Shown here: positions 1 to 8,604 of the stretch, one piece after another
Numbering within the stretch: position 1 is the stretch's first letter
Layout of the letters: each line of letters opens with the position of its first letter
Virus record (IMG/VR): IMGVR_UViG_2706794662_000004
DNA length: 46,219 nt
Source of the DNA: a virus
Taxonomy: Duplodnaviria; Heunggongvirae; Uroviricota; Caudoviricetes
Reading direction: 5' to 3' (one strand)
Notes under the pieces: model-generated
Database searches by the model: none
What the model was told of the DNA's origin: nothing
Seen by the model: only the letters and a program-made list of their open reading frames with translations
Program-made: the position numbers and the translations under genes

Positions 1-108
1 AATTTGTTCCTTGACTTTGTTCTATAAATCAGCACATAATTCCCCATTATACGCGCGTATAATGGGGAATTATGTGCTGATTTATAGAACAAAGTCAAGG
101 AACAAATT
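1..108. repeat. Left telomere palindrome (hairpin telL read through the turn); centre at 54/55 within tatacgcgcgtata
   Basis: Positions 1-108 are a perfect inverted repeat around the centre; the core cccattatacgcgcgtataatggg resembles the N15 telO/telRL core; telN lies immediately adjacent. Confidence 0.7.
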
Positions 109-245
109 TTAATGTTCTGCTATTGTGTTTTTGTTTATTATCCGTTATTGTGTTCTGTTAGTTTGTGGCTAAGTTAACGCGTTATTAGTTAACTTATTCT
201 CAAATTGTGTTACGATAATCCGAGCGGATAATCAGGAGAGGAAAG

Positions 246-2159
246 ATGAGCAAAGTAAAAATCGGTGAATTAATAAACTCACTTGTTAGCGATGTTGAGT
301 CAATAGATAACTCTGACCGTCCTCAAGGGGAAAAAACAAAAAAAATAAAGGCTGTTGCATTAAAATTTAAAAATGCATTATTTAATGACAAGCGAAAGTT
401 TAGGGGGAAAGGATTAGAAAAAAGAATTACAGCCAACACATTCAATGCCTATATGAGCAGGGCCAGAAAACGGTTTGATGATAAACTTCATCATAGCTTT
501 GAAAAAAATATACATCGCCTATCTGAAAAGTATCCTTTATATAATGAGGAGCTATTGTCATGGCTTTCTCTACCTGCTGCCGATATTCGCCAGAGAATGT
601 CAACTTTACAGGCAAAATTAAAATTAATTCTCCCTTTATCAGAAGATTTATCTAATATCAGAATTGGTGATAACAAAAATCATAATAAGTTATTAAAATT
701 ATCAAATAAATATAAAGAGTGGCAATTCGCAATTTCTGATTTAACTAGCGATAACTGGAAAGATAAGCGCGATTATTTATATAAATTACTACAGCAAGGA
801 TCTGCCTTGCTTGAGGAGTTGAATCAGCTAAAAGTTAACCATGAGATTCTCTATCATCTTCAACTAAGCCCTGCCGAACGCGCATCTATCCAGCAACGAT
901 GGGCGGACGTTCTGCACAATAAGAAACGTAACGTGGTGGTCATTGATTACCCTAAATATATGCAAGCTATTTACGATATTATAAATAGCCCTGCTACATT
1001 AAATAATCTAAACACTCGTTCAGGTATGGCTCCTTTGGCATTTGCACTTGCTGCATTGTCAGGAAGACGAATGATTGAGATTATGTATCAAGGTACATTT
1101 ACTGTTTCTGGTAAGTATACCGTTGATTTTTTAGGCCAAGCTAAAAAAAGAACTTCTGATGATATAACCAGAAAAATATATACATTATGCGAAGCAAAAA
1201 CATTTGTTTATTTAATAAATGTACTTCGCTCATGCCCAGCAGCATCTGATTTTGATGATGTCGTTAAAGGTTATGGAGATAACGACACACGCTCTGAAAA
1301 CGGACGTATTAATGCCATATTAGCAAAGGCTTTTAACCCGTGGGTTAAATCATTTTTCAAAGATGACCGCCGTGTTTATAAAGATAGTCGTGCTATTTAT
1401 GCCCGTATTGCGTATGAAATGTTTTTCCGCGTAGATCCTCGTTGGAAAAACGTAGATGAGGATGTTTTCTTTATGGAAATTTTAGGCCATGACGATGAAA
1501 ACACTCAATTACACTATAAGCAATTCAAGCTGGCCAACTTCTCAAAGACATGGAGGCCAAATACTGGAAACGAAAATACCAGGCTGGAAGCATTGCAGCA
1601 GCTTGATGACGAAATGCCTGGATTCGCCAGAGGAGATGCCGGGGTTCGTCTGCATAACACAGTTAAGCAGCTGGTAGAGCAGGACCCCTCTATAAAAATC
1701 ACGAACAGCACTCTAAGAGCATTCAAATTTAGCCCAACAATGATTAGCCGATACCTGGAATTTGCTGCTGATGCTCTGGGGCAATTTGTTGGCGAAAATG
1801 GACAATGGCAGCTGAAAATAGATACTCCAGAAATCGTTATGCCTGACGAAGAAGAGCTGGAAGCAATACCTGAACAGACGGATGAATTATCAGATGATGA
1901 CGATCTGGATGACGACGAAATTGAGATAGAGGAAGAGGAAGAGGAAGAGGAAGAGGAAGAGGAAGAGAGCGTAGAAGAACAGCAACCGCCCGCGCCTTCT
2001 TCACCTGTATCTAAGCCGGTATTTAAGCCTGTGAGAAATATTGGTGATGGTTCATACGTTGTTGAGTTTCATTATAATGGCCAGAATTATGCTTGGTCCG
2101 GCAGTGCAAACAGCCCTATGTCAGCAATGCAGTTAGCATGGCTGACATATTTCGGATAA
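246..2159 (+). CDS. telN: Protelomerase (telomere resolvase) TelN
   Basis: 637-aa ORF whose N-terminus (MSKVKIGELIN...) and conserved blocks (e.g. RSGMAPLAFALAA, RAIYARIAYEMFF, KQFKLANFS) match my recollection of N15 TelN; it sits next to the telomere palindrome. Confidence 0.9.
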   Translation: MSKVKIGELINSLVSDVESIDNSDRPQGEKTKKIKAVALKFKNALFNDKRKFRGKGLEKRITANTFNAYMSRARKRFDDKLHHSFEKNIHRLSEKYPLYNEELLSWLSLPAADIRQRMSTLQAKLKLILPLSEDLSNIRIGDNKNHNKLLKLSNKYKEWQFAISDLTSDNWKDKRDYLYKLLQQGSALLEELNQLKVNHEILYHLQLSPAERASIQQRWADVLHNKKRNVVVIDYPKYMQAIYDIINSPATLNNLNTRSGMAPLAFALAALSGRRMIEIMYQGTFTVSGKYTVDFLGQAKKRTSDDITRKIYTLCEAKTFVYLINVLRSCPAASDFDDVVKGYGDNDTRSENGRINAILAKAFNPWVKSFFKDDRRVYKDSRAIYARIAYEMFFRVDPRWKNVDEDVFFMEILGHDDENTQLHYKQFKLANFSKTWRPNTGNENTRLEALQQLDDEMPGFARGDAGVRLHNTVKQLVEQDPSIKITNSTLRAFKFSPTMISRYLEFAADALGQFVGENGQWQLKIDTPEIVMPDEEELEAIPEQTDELSDDDDLDDDEIEIEEEEEEEEEEEEESVEEQQPPAPSSPVSKPVFKPVRNIGDGSYVVEFHYNGQNYAWSGSANSPMSAMQLAWLTYFG

Positions 2160-2170
2160 AGCATACAGTA

Positions 2171-2194
2171 AAGGCACCGAATTATCGGTGCCTT
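2171..2194. terminator. Hairpin terminator between telN and the minus-strand small-gene operon
   Basis: aaggcaccgaattatcggtgcctt stem-loop followed by a T-rich tract, 12 nt after the telN stop. Confidence 0.45.
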
Positions 2195-2201
2195 GTTGTG
2201 T

Positions 2202-2369
2202 GGCCTACCTCGCCTGCCCCTTTTCGTCCTCATCCAACTTTCTGATGGCCGTAGAATCAATACCCGCCGCCATACACACATCAGATGCAACAAACCACGG
2301 TTCGCCGTTAATCATCACTACACGAACCTGATGCTCTTCCTGAAAGGAAAAGACTGCTAACGCGCTCAT
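2202..2369 (-). CDS. Truncated BRO-N/KilA-N-like antirepressor N-terminal fragment (55 aa), possibly a gene remnant
   Basis: Hand translation MSALAVFSFQEEHQVRVVMINGEPWFVASDVCMAAGIDSTAIRKLDEDEKGQAR; AAGGAGG RBS; ATGA overlap with the upstream gene; ORF ends just before the telN terminator. Too short for the ORF track. Confidence 0.4.
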
Positions 2370-2599
2370 TCAGCCTCCTTATCGTGCAGCAATTGCGACG
2401 AGAGCGACGCTGAATACCCCTGTGCTTCGTGTGTTAGCTCACACGCAATTTGAAGGAGTTTCCCTGCTTCTGAGAGATAAATCGACGCCTCACAACTGGA
2501 GATTGTCCGATGGGCTGATGATACGAGCGCATAGACCTGAGCCAGACGTTCATCCAACGATTCCAGCAGGCCAACAGTGTTCATTTTTACCTGATTCAT
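2366..2599 (-). CDS. Hypothetical protein (77 aa), middle gene of a three-gene translationally coupled chain
   Basis: ORF with GAGGTGG RBS; its start overlaps the stop of the Icd-like ORF (ATGA) and its stop overlaps the start of the BRO-N fragment ORF. Confidence 0.45.
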   Translation of the reverse strand: MNQVKMNTVGLLESLDERLAQVYALVSSAHRTISSCEASIYLSEAGKLLQIACELTHEAQGYSASLSSQLLHDKEAE

Positions 2600-2760
2600 G
2601 CAGCCACCTCGCGCACCGGAATACGGGCAGACAATACCAGGACAAACCGGCTGGCGAACTGGCGACGAGCTTCCCGTTCAGATGACGCGATGGTGGAAAG
2701 ATGATGGATGTGTGACTTTTTGTCTGTGCGAACGACTGCCGCAAATTTGAATTTGAACAT
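2596..2760 (-). CDS. Icd-like small protein (54 aa), candidate cell-division inhibitor of a P1 immI-like / N15 immA-like locus
   Basis: Hand translation MFKFKFAAVVRTDKKSHIHHLSTIASSEREARRQFASRFVLVLSARIPVREVAA; resembles the Icd-like family as I recall it; GGAG RBS; not in the ORF track (<60 aa). Confidence 0.35.
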   Translation of the reverse strand: MFKFKFAAVVRTDKKSHIHHLSTIASSEREARRQFASRFVLVLSARIPVREVAA

Positions 2761-2921
2761 GGTATGCACTCCGTTTAATTGGTCGTGCTACCACCAGAGT
2801 TCCTACGCTCTATATGGCGGTAGCCCAGACGGGGGTAGGAATACCGGTAAACGAAGAAACCGGCCAGCTAAAAGCTGCCCCATCTGAGCCACCATAAATT
2901 TGGTGTACGCAGATTTTACAC

Positions 2922-3000
2922 ACAAAAAAACACGCAGGCGCGTGTTGTGCGCTTCATTTACTCGGGTTCCTACGCCCGGCTACGGGATTTACCGTAGCGG
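2922..3000 (-). ncRNA. Candidate c4/CI-like antisense immunity RNA (about 75-80 nt) with its own promoter and intrinsic terminator
   Basis: Minus strand has TTGACG -35 (about 3030-3035), a TAAAGT-like -10, then a 6-bp stem (acacgc/gcgtgt) with 4-nt loop followed by seven U (plus 2924-2946). The RNA contains gcgtaggaac, which recurs in the leader just upstream of the Icd-like RBS (plus 2799-2808). Confidence 0.3.
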
Positions 3001-3135
3001 AGTAACTTTACCGTCAAAACGACGCGCACGTCAATAATTTGCAAAGGCATTTTACCCCGTGACCAGTCACGGGGACAGGTGTTTTTATAGTTTGCTTAAA
3101 CGAGTGTTCAGAAGTTGATCGTTAATCAAAGGCCA

Positions 3136-3423
3136 TTACTGATTAAGAGATTGGAAATACCTAACTAACTTACCGGCATCATCACATTTTTCTTTATCTT
3201 CTTCCTTAACATAGCCGCGACAAAAGGCTGAATAAAATTTTGCATTTTCAGAAGCAAAAGCAGCCGTCGAAAGGAGCAGTTCTTTGCATGATTCTTTTGA
3301 TGCAGCATCGGGATTATTTTTACATGCAAGCTCTGCTGATGAGTCAATAACAGAAATGCTATCTTCCTGGGCATAAACCGCAGCAGAAAAGGCAAAACAT
3401 AAAACAAAAATAAAACTCTTCAC
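3136..3423 (-). CDS. Small secreted protein with four Cys (95 aa), unknown function
   Basis: N-terminal signal peptide MKSFIFVLCFAFSAAVYA-QE; AT-rich coding sequence. Confidence 0.55.
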   Translation of the reverse strand: MKSFIFVLCFAFSAAVYAQEDSISVIDSSAELACKNNPDAASKESCKELLLSTAAFASENAKFYSAFCRGYVKEEDKEKCDDAGKLVRYFQSLNQ

Positions 3424-3450
3424 TTTATCTCCTGTAACAGTTATCGCAAC

Positions 3451-3858
3451 TCAATCAACTTTTTTAGCATCAGCCATACGCTTCAACCAGTAATCAACAA
3501 TCGGTTGCTCATCCACAGAATGTTTACCAGGTATAACTCGCCAGCTGTCTGCCGAAAGGCTACCGTATCTATGCGGGAAAAGGCATTTCTTTAGCTCCTG
3601 CCATGTGCTAGGAAAACCGTCTGCCAAAGTGCCAATTAACAGAAAAGGGACAAAAATCAGGGCTACAAACCATCTGGCAAGAAAGTGCTCAACAATAACC
3701 TCTTCACCGTTATAGTAATACGCATACGTATCCCATATACGAATTTTCCTTACCCTAAAAATGGCCTTATGCTGAGAACGACTTAGCTTGATGCGAATGT
3801 ATCCCTTATCCAAGAGGGATTGGTGTTTGTATGATTGAACAGCCATTTTTAACCCCAC
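3451..3858 (-). CDS. Membrane protein (135 aa), unknown function
   Basis: ORF with hydrophobic helix FLARWFVALIFVPFLLIGTLA; the true start may be the internal Met at 3846. Confidence 0.5.
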   Translation of the reverse strand: MGLKMAVQSYKHQSLLDKGYIRIKLSRSQHKAIFRVRKIRIWDTYAYYYNGEEVIVEHFLARWFVALIFVPFLLIGTLADGFPSTWQELKKCLFPHRYGSLSADSWRVIPGKHSVDEQPIVDYWLKRMADAKKVD

Positions 3859-4175
3859 TCACCATCAGCAAACAAAGCGTTATACTCTGACAATGGTAGA
3901 CGGTTGCCCTCGATGTAGAGATTCAGTTCATACTTCGTCTCCGGGTTTTCCTTGTCTGCTCGTTCCCAACGCTCAGCAGCCTTACGCGCCAATAATTCCA
4001 CTGCTTTCAGGTAATCCTCCGTACGGAACCAGCCAAAGATAAGGCCACGATCTGTTACAGCCCAGGCGACCTTTTTTTCTTCCTCCTGGATAGCCTTAAT
4101 GCGTCGATCGCATTCATCCCGGCAGAACTGCAGCTGACGGTAATCAAGTTTGTCCAAAAATGCAGTAGTAGACAT
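3849..4175 (-). CDS. Hypothetical protein (108 aa)
   Basis: ORF in the same minus-strand operon downstream of repA; no recognisable motif. Confidence 0.5.
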   Translation of the reverse strand: MSTTAFLDKLDYRQLQFCRDECDRRIKAIQEEEKKVAWAVTDRGLIFGWFRTEDYLKAVELLARKAAERWERADKENPETKYELNLYIEGNRLPLSEYNALFADGEWG

Positions 4176-4179
4176 ATTT

Positions 4180-4371
4180 TTACTCCCCGTTCACCGAAAA
4201 ATCACGATAGAAACGTTTCCACATACGATAAGTCTGCGCGAGTTGTTCACCACGAAACATCGCCTTCCTGGCCTTCATGTTTTCCTTGTGAGACTTTCGA
4301 TCTATGAACCAAAACCATTGCTGGAACACACAAAGCAAGAGACACAAAGATAATATCCACTGATTACCCAT
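4180..4371 (-). CDS. Small membrane protein (63 aa) translationally coupled to repA
   Basis: Internal Met (MGNQWILSLCLLLCVFQQWFWF...) whose ATG at 4371-4369 overlaps the repA stop codon; the longer 102-aa reading overlaps repA by 125 nt. Confidence 0.35.
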   Translation of the reverse strand: MGNQWILSLCLLLCVFQQWFWFIDRKSHKENMKARKAMFRGEQLAQTYRMWKRFYRDFSVNGE

Positions 4372-7300
4372 AGAAAGCGCCCTGCTCTTCGTAGCTGCAT
4401 GAGCTATTCCCGGTAATGTATTCTCGTAACCGCCGCAGTTCATTGCTGGACAAGTGATCCATGAACTCTGTGAGGTACAGAGATGCAAACGTCATAGCTA
4501 TGCTGGTTGATGACCATGATGACATAGTGGCCAGCTCCTCACCGGAAAGCGCACTCATCGCCCAGGACTCAGGAACAGCCACCGGCAATACGGCCAAAGC
4601 CTCAGAAATTACTGAATGAGGGGCGTTTTGAACCTGCTCGTTTGTGGATCGCGTTTTATCATCCATATATATATTGAGATCCAAATCGCGATCCATTTCG
4701 ATGGCTGTCTTCTCGGCTTTACGCGTTTTTAGGGTTAGGCCATCTTTCTGACGCTGAACAAGAATATCCAGCATAAATGCCGCTGATTCAGGCTCAACAA
4801 AACGCAAGGTTGGACGCTTATCGCCGTCTCTGCCGCGACGTTTACCTGTTTTAAGGCCAAGAGAGTCGCAAATGTTTTTAAACAACGCTTCCGGCACTTT
4901 AGGCTTCCCTTTTGGCGTCATAAAACCACCAATGTGCAGAACGTTATTCAACAGGTCACGGCGTTCGGCTGTCATGAGATTATCTCGAGCGAATTTGAGA
5001 CGCTCCTGAGTCGCCTCGCCGGTCATAGTCTCAGGGTTGATACCGCAGTCGATAAAGTACTGCCGGAGAGTTGCTGATTTAAGCGCATAGAAACCGCGCG
5101 CCCCGACTTCAACAGTAGGAGTAGCTTTTACCTTGTGATCGATTATTCCAGGGAATTTAGTTTTAAAGACATCATCAGCCTGCTCGCGAGTCATCGCGGT
5201 CACTACAAAATATTGCCACTGTCCCGCCTGACGGTATGCGTAGGTAAAATTGATGGCTGCTTCTTCCCGGTCGTAACGACGAGCTGTTACCTCATCTAAA
5301 AGCATTGTTTCATAGCGGCGAACTTTGTCTCGAGCACCATCGAAATAGAATTTCAGTGTGCCTTCTTCAACCGGTAGTTTCAGTTCGTTTTCAATATCCC
5401 AGCGGACAAGTTTTGCCTGTTCTTCAAGCGTCAGCGCGCGTTTTTTTAGCAGTTCTTCACGCTCTGATTCTTGTGGAGTTTCTGTATTGAGGTGCAGATC
5501 CAGTGTCTGTTCCCACACAATATCCCGCGCTTCTTTACGCAGATCTTTACCGATATCATTCGCAGCATAATCGGTGCCCAGCGGCGATACCTTATAACCG
5601 TCGCTGTGCATGATGCAGATCATGTTGCTGGCGTAGTCGTTACGCGCAGTCGCTTCAATTGCGGCTGCTTTAATTTTCATCCTGGTAAAGTCGGTATTGG
5701 CCACCCCCATTGATATACGGTCGCCATCGAAAATGACATCCGTCAGTTCACCGTTCATACCTGCGGTAGCAAGCAATGCCTGGGCGAATGCTCGTTCTAT
5801 TTTTTGCGGGTCAGTTTCACGTTTTGCACGAGCTTTATCAAAGCCGATAATAAATTCTTTTGCTGTACGGTCGCGGCGTAGCATTTGCACTGCGTCGCTG
5901 GGTACAACTTCACCACAGAACATGCCGAAATGACGGTCAAAATGTTTTTGCTCAATCGACACGCCGGATGAAATAGACGGGCTATAAATCAGGCCGTCGT
6001 ATTTTTTGACCATCTTTTTCGGTTGATTGGTAAATGCTTCAACTTCTGGCTCTGGTTTGTTTTTCTGGTTTACACACAGAAATTTCTTACCAGGAAAATG
6101 CATTCTCAGGGTGGCTGTCACATCTTCTGCAAAGGTGGAGCTGTCGGTGGCCAACATGATTTTTTCGCCATCCGATACAGCTTTCACCACCTCGGTCATG
6201 ATGCGATCTTTTTCTGTATAAAAAACCCGGATTGGCTCACCTGTTTCGCGGTTGCGAACATCAACAGGTAATTCAATTACGTGGATCTGCAGCCATGCCG
6301 GTAAACCTAGTTCTTCACGGCGTTTCATAGCCAGTTCAGCCAGGTCAACCAGCAGATCGTTCGCATCAGCATCCACCATGATTGGGTGTTGTTCCGTTCT
6401 GGCCAGCGCGTCAATTAGCGTATTGAATACAGCCACCGGGTTTTCCATAGCCCGACCGGAAAGAACGGCACGTAGCCCTTGTGTGGCCTCGTCAAAGCCA
6501 AAATAGTCGTGCTGGCGCATCAACGGTTGCCAGCAGTTTTTAACAATCGAGTTTATGCAGATGGTCAGTTTACTGGCGTATGGAGCCATTTCCTGATAGC
6601 CAGGGTCCTGATAGTGCAGGATATCGGCTTTTACACCTTTTCCTTCAGTCATCATTTCCCACAGGCCACCAATAAGGGAAACACGGTGAGCTACAGAGAT
6701 ACCGCGTTCTGAGCTATGCATTAACGGTCGTAACAATCCAGTAGATTTGCCGGAACCCATACCAGCACGAACGATGACGATCCCCTGTAGTGATTGCACG
6801 TACTTCAGGACGTCATCGGTCATTACCGAAGTTTCAAAACGCTTATAGGTGATATGTTGAGGGCGTTTATTGGGATCAGTTATGCGTTCGCTGAAAGAGC
6901 GCGGAGCCTGGGCAATACGGCACTTTTTATTCAGGCGACGGGCAATGTGGTCTTTTACCGTAGCGCGATAGATATTTTCCAGCCCCATTTCACGCAGAAC
7001 GATGCAGAACATGTTAAACAAATCTGACGGACTGTTAGGAACCGGACAGGTTAGCATGCCAATATCCACCGCTCTCAGCAGCTCTTTGGCAAAAGTACGA
7101 CGGTTATCCCGCTTAATTGTCTTCAGGCGGTTGAGCGTCAGAGATAGCAAATCAGTGCCGGTTTTCAGGCGGTTTGCTGTTGCAAATAGTTGACGTGCTG
7201 TTTCACGAAGTCCACGTAGTTTGTGCAGGTCGTTGAAGTCACTGCACTCCATTTGCGGATCGTCTTCAAAAGTTGGATAGACGCAGCGGACATCGTTGAA

Positions 7301-8359
7301 TTTCGATAAGATTTCATAGCCAGTCCGCAGGCCGGTATTCCCTTTTCCTTCTGTGGCTGATTTCCGGTCATTATCCAGTGCGCAGGTGATTTTTGCCGCC
7401 GGGTACATGTTTACCAGTTGTTCCACAACATGAACCATGTTGTTAGCGGATACAGCGACAACCACAGCGTCAAAGCGTTTATCTTTTTTCGTGGCAAGCC
7501 AGATGGATGCACCAGTAGCAAAACCTTCTGTAACAGCGATGTTTTGCGCCCCTTTCAGCTCACCGATAACAAAGCAGGCACCGACGAAATCGCCGCTGGT
7601 TACTGCGCTGGTCTGGTATTTCCCACCTTGTTTGTCGATTCGCTGCCAACCCACAATACGACCATCGTAACGACCGTCCAGGTGAGCCAGAGGGATAGCC
7701 ATATATGTGGTTGGCCCCCGGTTCCATTTCGCACTGTCGTGACTGGTCACGCGACGCACATCACATGAACTAAAAACGTCACGAATACCTTTTTTAATCG
7801 CATATGGCCATGAGCCGTCTTCTGCAGGAGCATGTTCCCACGCGCTGTGGAATGCCAGCCATCCCAGCAAACGTTCATGGTCCATTTGGTTGTTTTTCAG
7901 GTCATTAATTCGTTTTTGTTCTTCACGGCGACGACGTGCTTCGGCCTGACGTTTTATTCTTGCCCGTTCTTCTTCCGGTTGTGCGACCACGGTCGCATTA
8001 TTCCGTTGTTGCTCACGGCGATATTCAGAAAACAGGAAGGAGAAACCGCTCCATGAGCCAGCATCGCTGCCTTTATGGACGAAGTTAATGAACGGGTAAT
8101 CAATCCCTTTGCTGTGTTCCAGCCGAGAGTAAATTTCTACGCGTCCTTTGAGGCTCTTTTCGAGAGCTTCTGGAGATGTTTTATTGTATGAAGAGTAACG
8201 CTCAACACCCCCGCGAGGGTTGAGTTGGATGTTGTCGGAACAGGCAGACCAGTTGATACCAGCCATCTGTGCCAGCTCGGTTAGTTCATCCCGTGCTGCT
8301 TCAATTAGCGAGAACGGATCGCTGCCAAAGCGATCCGCATAGAAATCGTTTAATGTCAT
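4364..8359 (-). CDS. repA: Multifunctional replication protein RepA (primase-helicase, 1331 aa)
   Basis: Size close to N15 RepA (about 1324 aa as I recall); Walker A GMGSGKST in the central helicase part; position upstream of the cB immunity region as in N15. Confidence 0.85.
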   Translation of the reverse strand: MTLNDFYADRFGSDPFSLIEAARDELTELAQMAGINWSACSDNIQLNPRGGVERYSSYNKTSPEALEKSLKGRVEIYSRLEHSKGIDYPFINFVHKGSDAGSWSGFSFLFSEYRREQQRNNATVVAQPEEERARIKRQAEARRRREEQKRINDLKNNQMDHERLLGWLAFHSAWEHAPAEDGSWPYAIKKGIRDVFSSCDVRRVTSHDSAKWNRGPTTYMAIPLAHLDGRYDGRIVGWQRIDKQGGKYQTSAVTSGDFVGACFVIGELKGAQNIAVTEGFATGASIWLATKKDKRFDAVVVAVSANNMVHVVEQLVNMYPAAKITCALDNDRKSATEGKGNTGLRTGYEILSKFNDVRCVYPTFEDDPQMECSDFNDLHKLRGLRETARQLFATANRLKTGTDLLSLTLNRLKTIKRDNRRTFAKELLRAVDIGMLTCPVPNSPSDLFNMFCIVLREMGLENIYRATVKDHIARRLNKKCRIAQAPRSFSERITDPNKRPQHITYKRFETSVMTDDVLKYVQSLQGIVIVRAGMGSGKSTGLLRPLMHSSERGISVAHRVSLIGGLWEMMTEGKGVKADILHYQDPGYQEMAPYASKLTICINSIVKNCWQPLMRQHDYFGFDEATQGLRAVLSGRAMENPVAVFNTLIDALARTEQHPIMVDADANDLLVDLAELAMKRREELGLPAWLQIHVIELPVDVRNRETGEPIRVFYTEKDRIMTEVVKAVSDGEKIMLATDSSTFAEDVTATLRMHFPGKKFLCVNQKNKPEPEVEAFTNQPKKMVKKYDGLIYSPSISSGVSIEQKHFDRHFGMFCGEVVPSDAVQMLRRDRTAKEFIIGFDKARAKRETDPQKIERAFAQALLATAGMNGELTDVIFDGDRISMGVANTDFTRMKIKAAAIEATARNDYASNMICIMHSDGYKVSPLGTDYAANDIGKDLRKEARDIVWEQTLDLHLNTETPQESEREELLKKRALTLEEQAKLVRWDIENELKLPVEEGTLKFYFDGARDKVRRYETMLLDEVTARRYDREEAAINFTYAYRQAGQWQYFVVTAMTREQADDVFKTKFPGIIDHKVKATPTVEVGARGFYALKSATLRQYFIDCGINPETMTGEATQERLKFARDNLMTAERRDLLNNVLHIGGFMTPKGKPKVPEALFKNICDSLGLKTGKRRGRDGDKRPTLRFVEPESAAFMLDILVQRQKDGLTLKTRKAEKTAIEMDRDLDLNIYMDDKTRSTNEQVQNAPHSVISEALAVLPVAVPESWAMSALSGEELATMSSWSSTSIAMTFASLYLTEFMDHLSSNELRRLREYITGNSSCSYEEQGAFYG
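7982..7997. promoter_or_regulatory. 16-bp perfect palindrome TGCGACCACGGTCGCA, candidate SopB centromere site (copy 1, inside repA)
   Basis: Exact palindrome, one of five copies; resembles the F sopC core TGGGACCACGGTCCCA. Confidence 0.5.
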
Positions 8360-8413
8360 TTTTTAGCCATTCCATACGAATTATGTTTTTTCGGGTTGAA
8401 AAAATCCGCAGGA

Positions 8414-8469
8414 GCAGCCACAATAAACGCATCTTGAATTGACGGAATCCGTCGCGTTACTGTGGCTGC
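8414..8469. promoter_or_regulatory. Imperfect 16-17 bp inverted repeat with 23-bp spacer upstream of repA
   Basis: gcagccacaataaacgc ... gcgttactgtggctgc; lies in the repA leader/promoter region. Confidence 0.35.
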
Positions 8470-8482
8470 TTCCTGAAAAGGA

Positions 8483-8510
8483 CCCGAGTTTGCCGACTCG
8501 GGTTTTTTTT
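8483..8510 (+). terminator. Plus-strand intrinsic terminator in the repA-cB intergenic region
   Basis: cccgagtttgccgactcggg hairpin followed by eight T on the plus strand; no plus-strand gene upstream of it. Confidence 0.45.
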
Positions 8511-8604
8511 CGTCTTTTTTCTGCTGCTGTAACCTGAGTCAACCCACAGAACATATGCTCTGCATTAAACCAGATTTACAGCAAACAATAAACCCCGTAT
8601 TAAG

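Noticed and set aside
2087-2293. 68-aa minus-strand ORF overlapping the telN 3' end
   Set aside because: It runs through the telN terminator hairpin into telN coding sequence; the BRO-N fragment ORF (2202-2369) in a different frame has an RBS and accounts for this interval.
2422-2744. Plus-strand 87-aa ORF and minus-strand 64-aa ORF overlapping the small-gene chain
   Set aside because: They are out of frame with the translationally coupled minus-strand chain (2760-2202), which has RBSs and ATGA overlaps.
4180-4488. Full 102-aa reading of the ORF downstream of repA
   Set aside because: It overlaps the repA 3' end by 125 nt; the internal start at 4371 coupled to the repA stop is more plausible, though still uncertain.
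5305-8056. Series of 60-116 aa plus-strand ORFs within repA
   Set aside because: All are antisense to the 1331-aa repA ORF with no independent signals.
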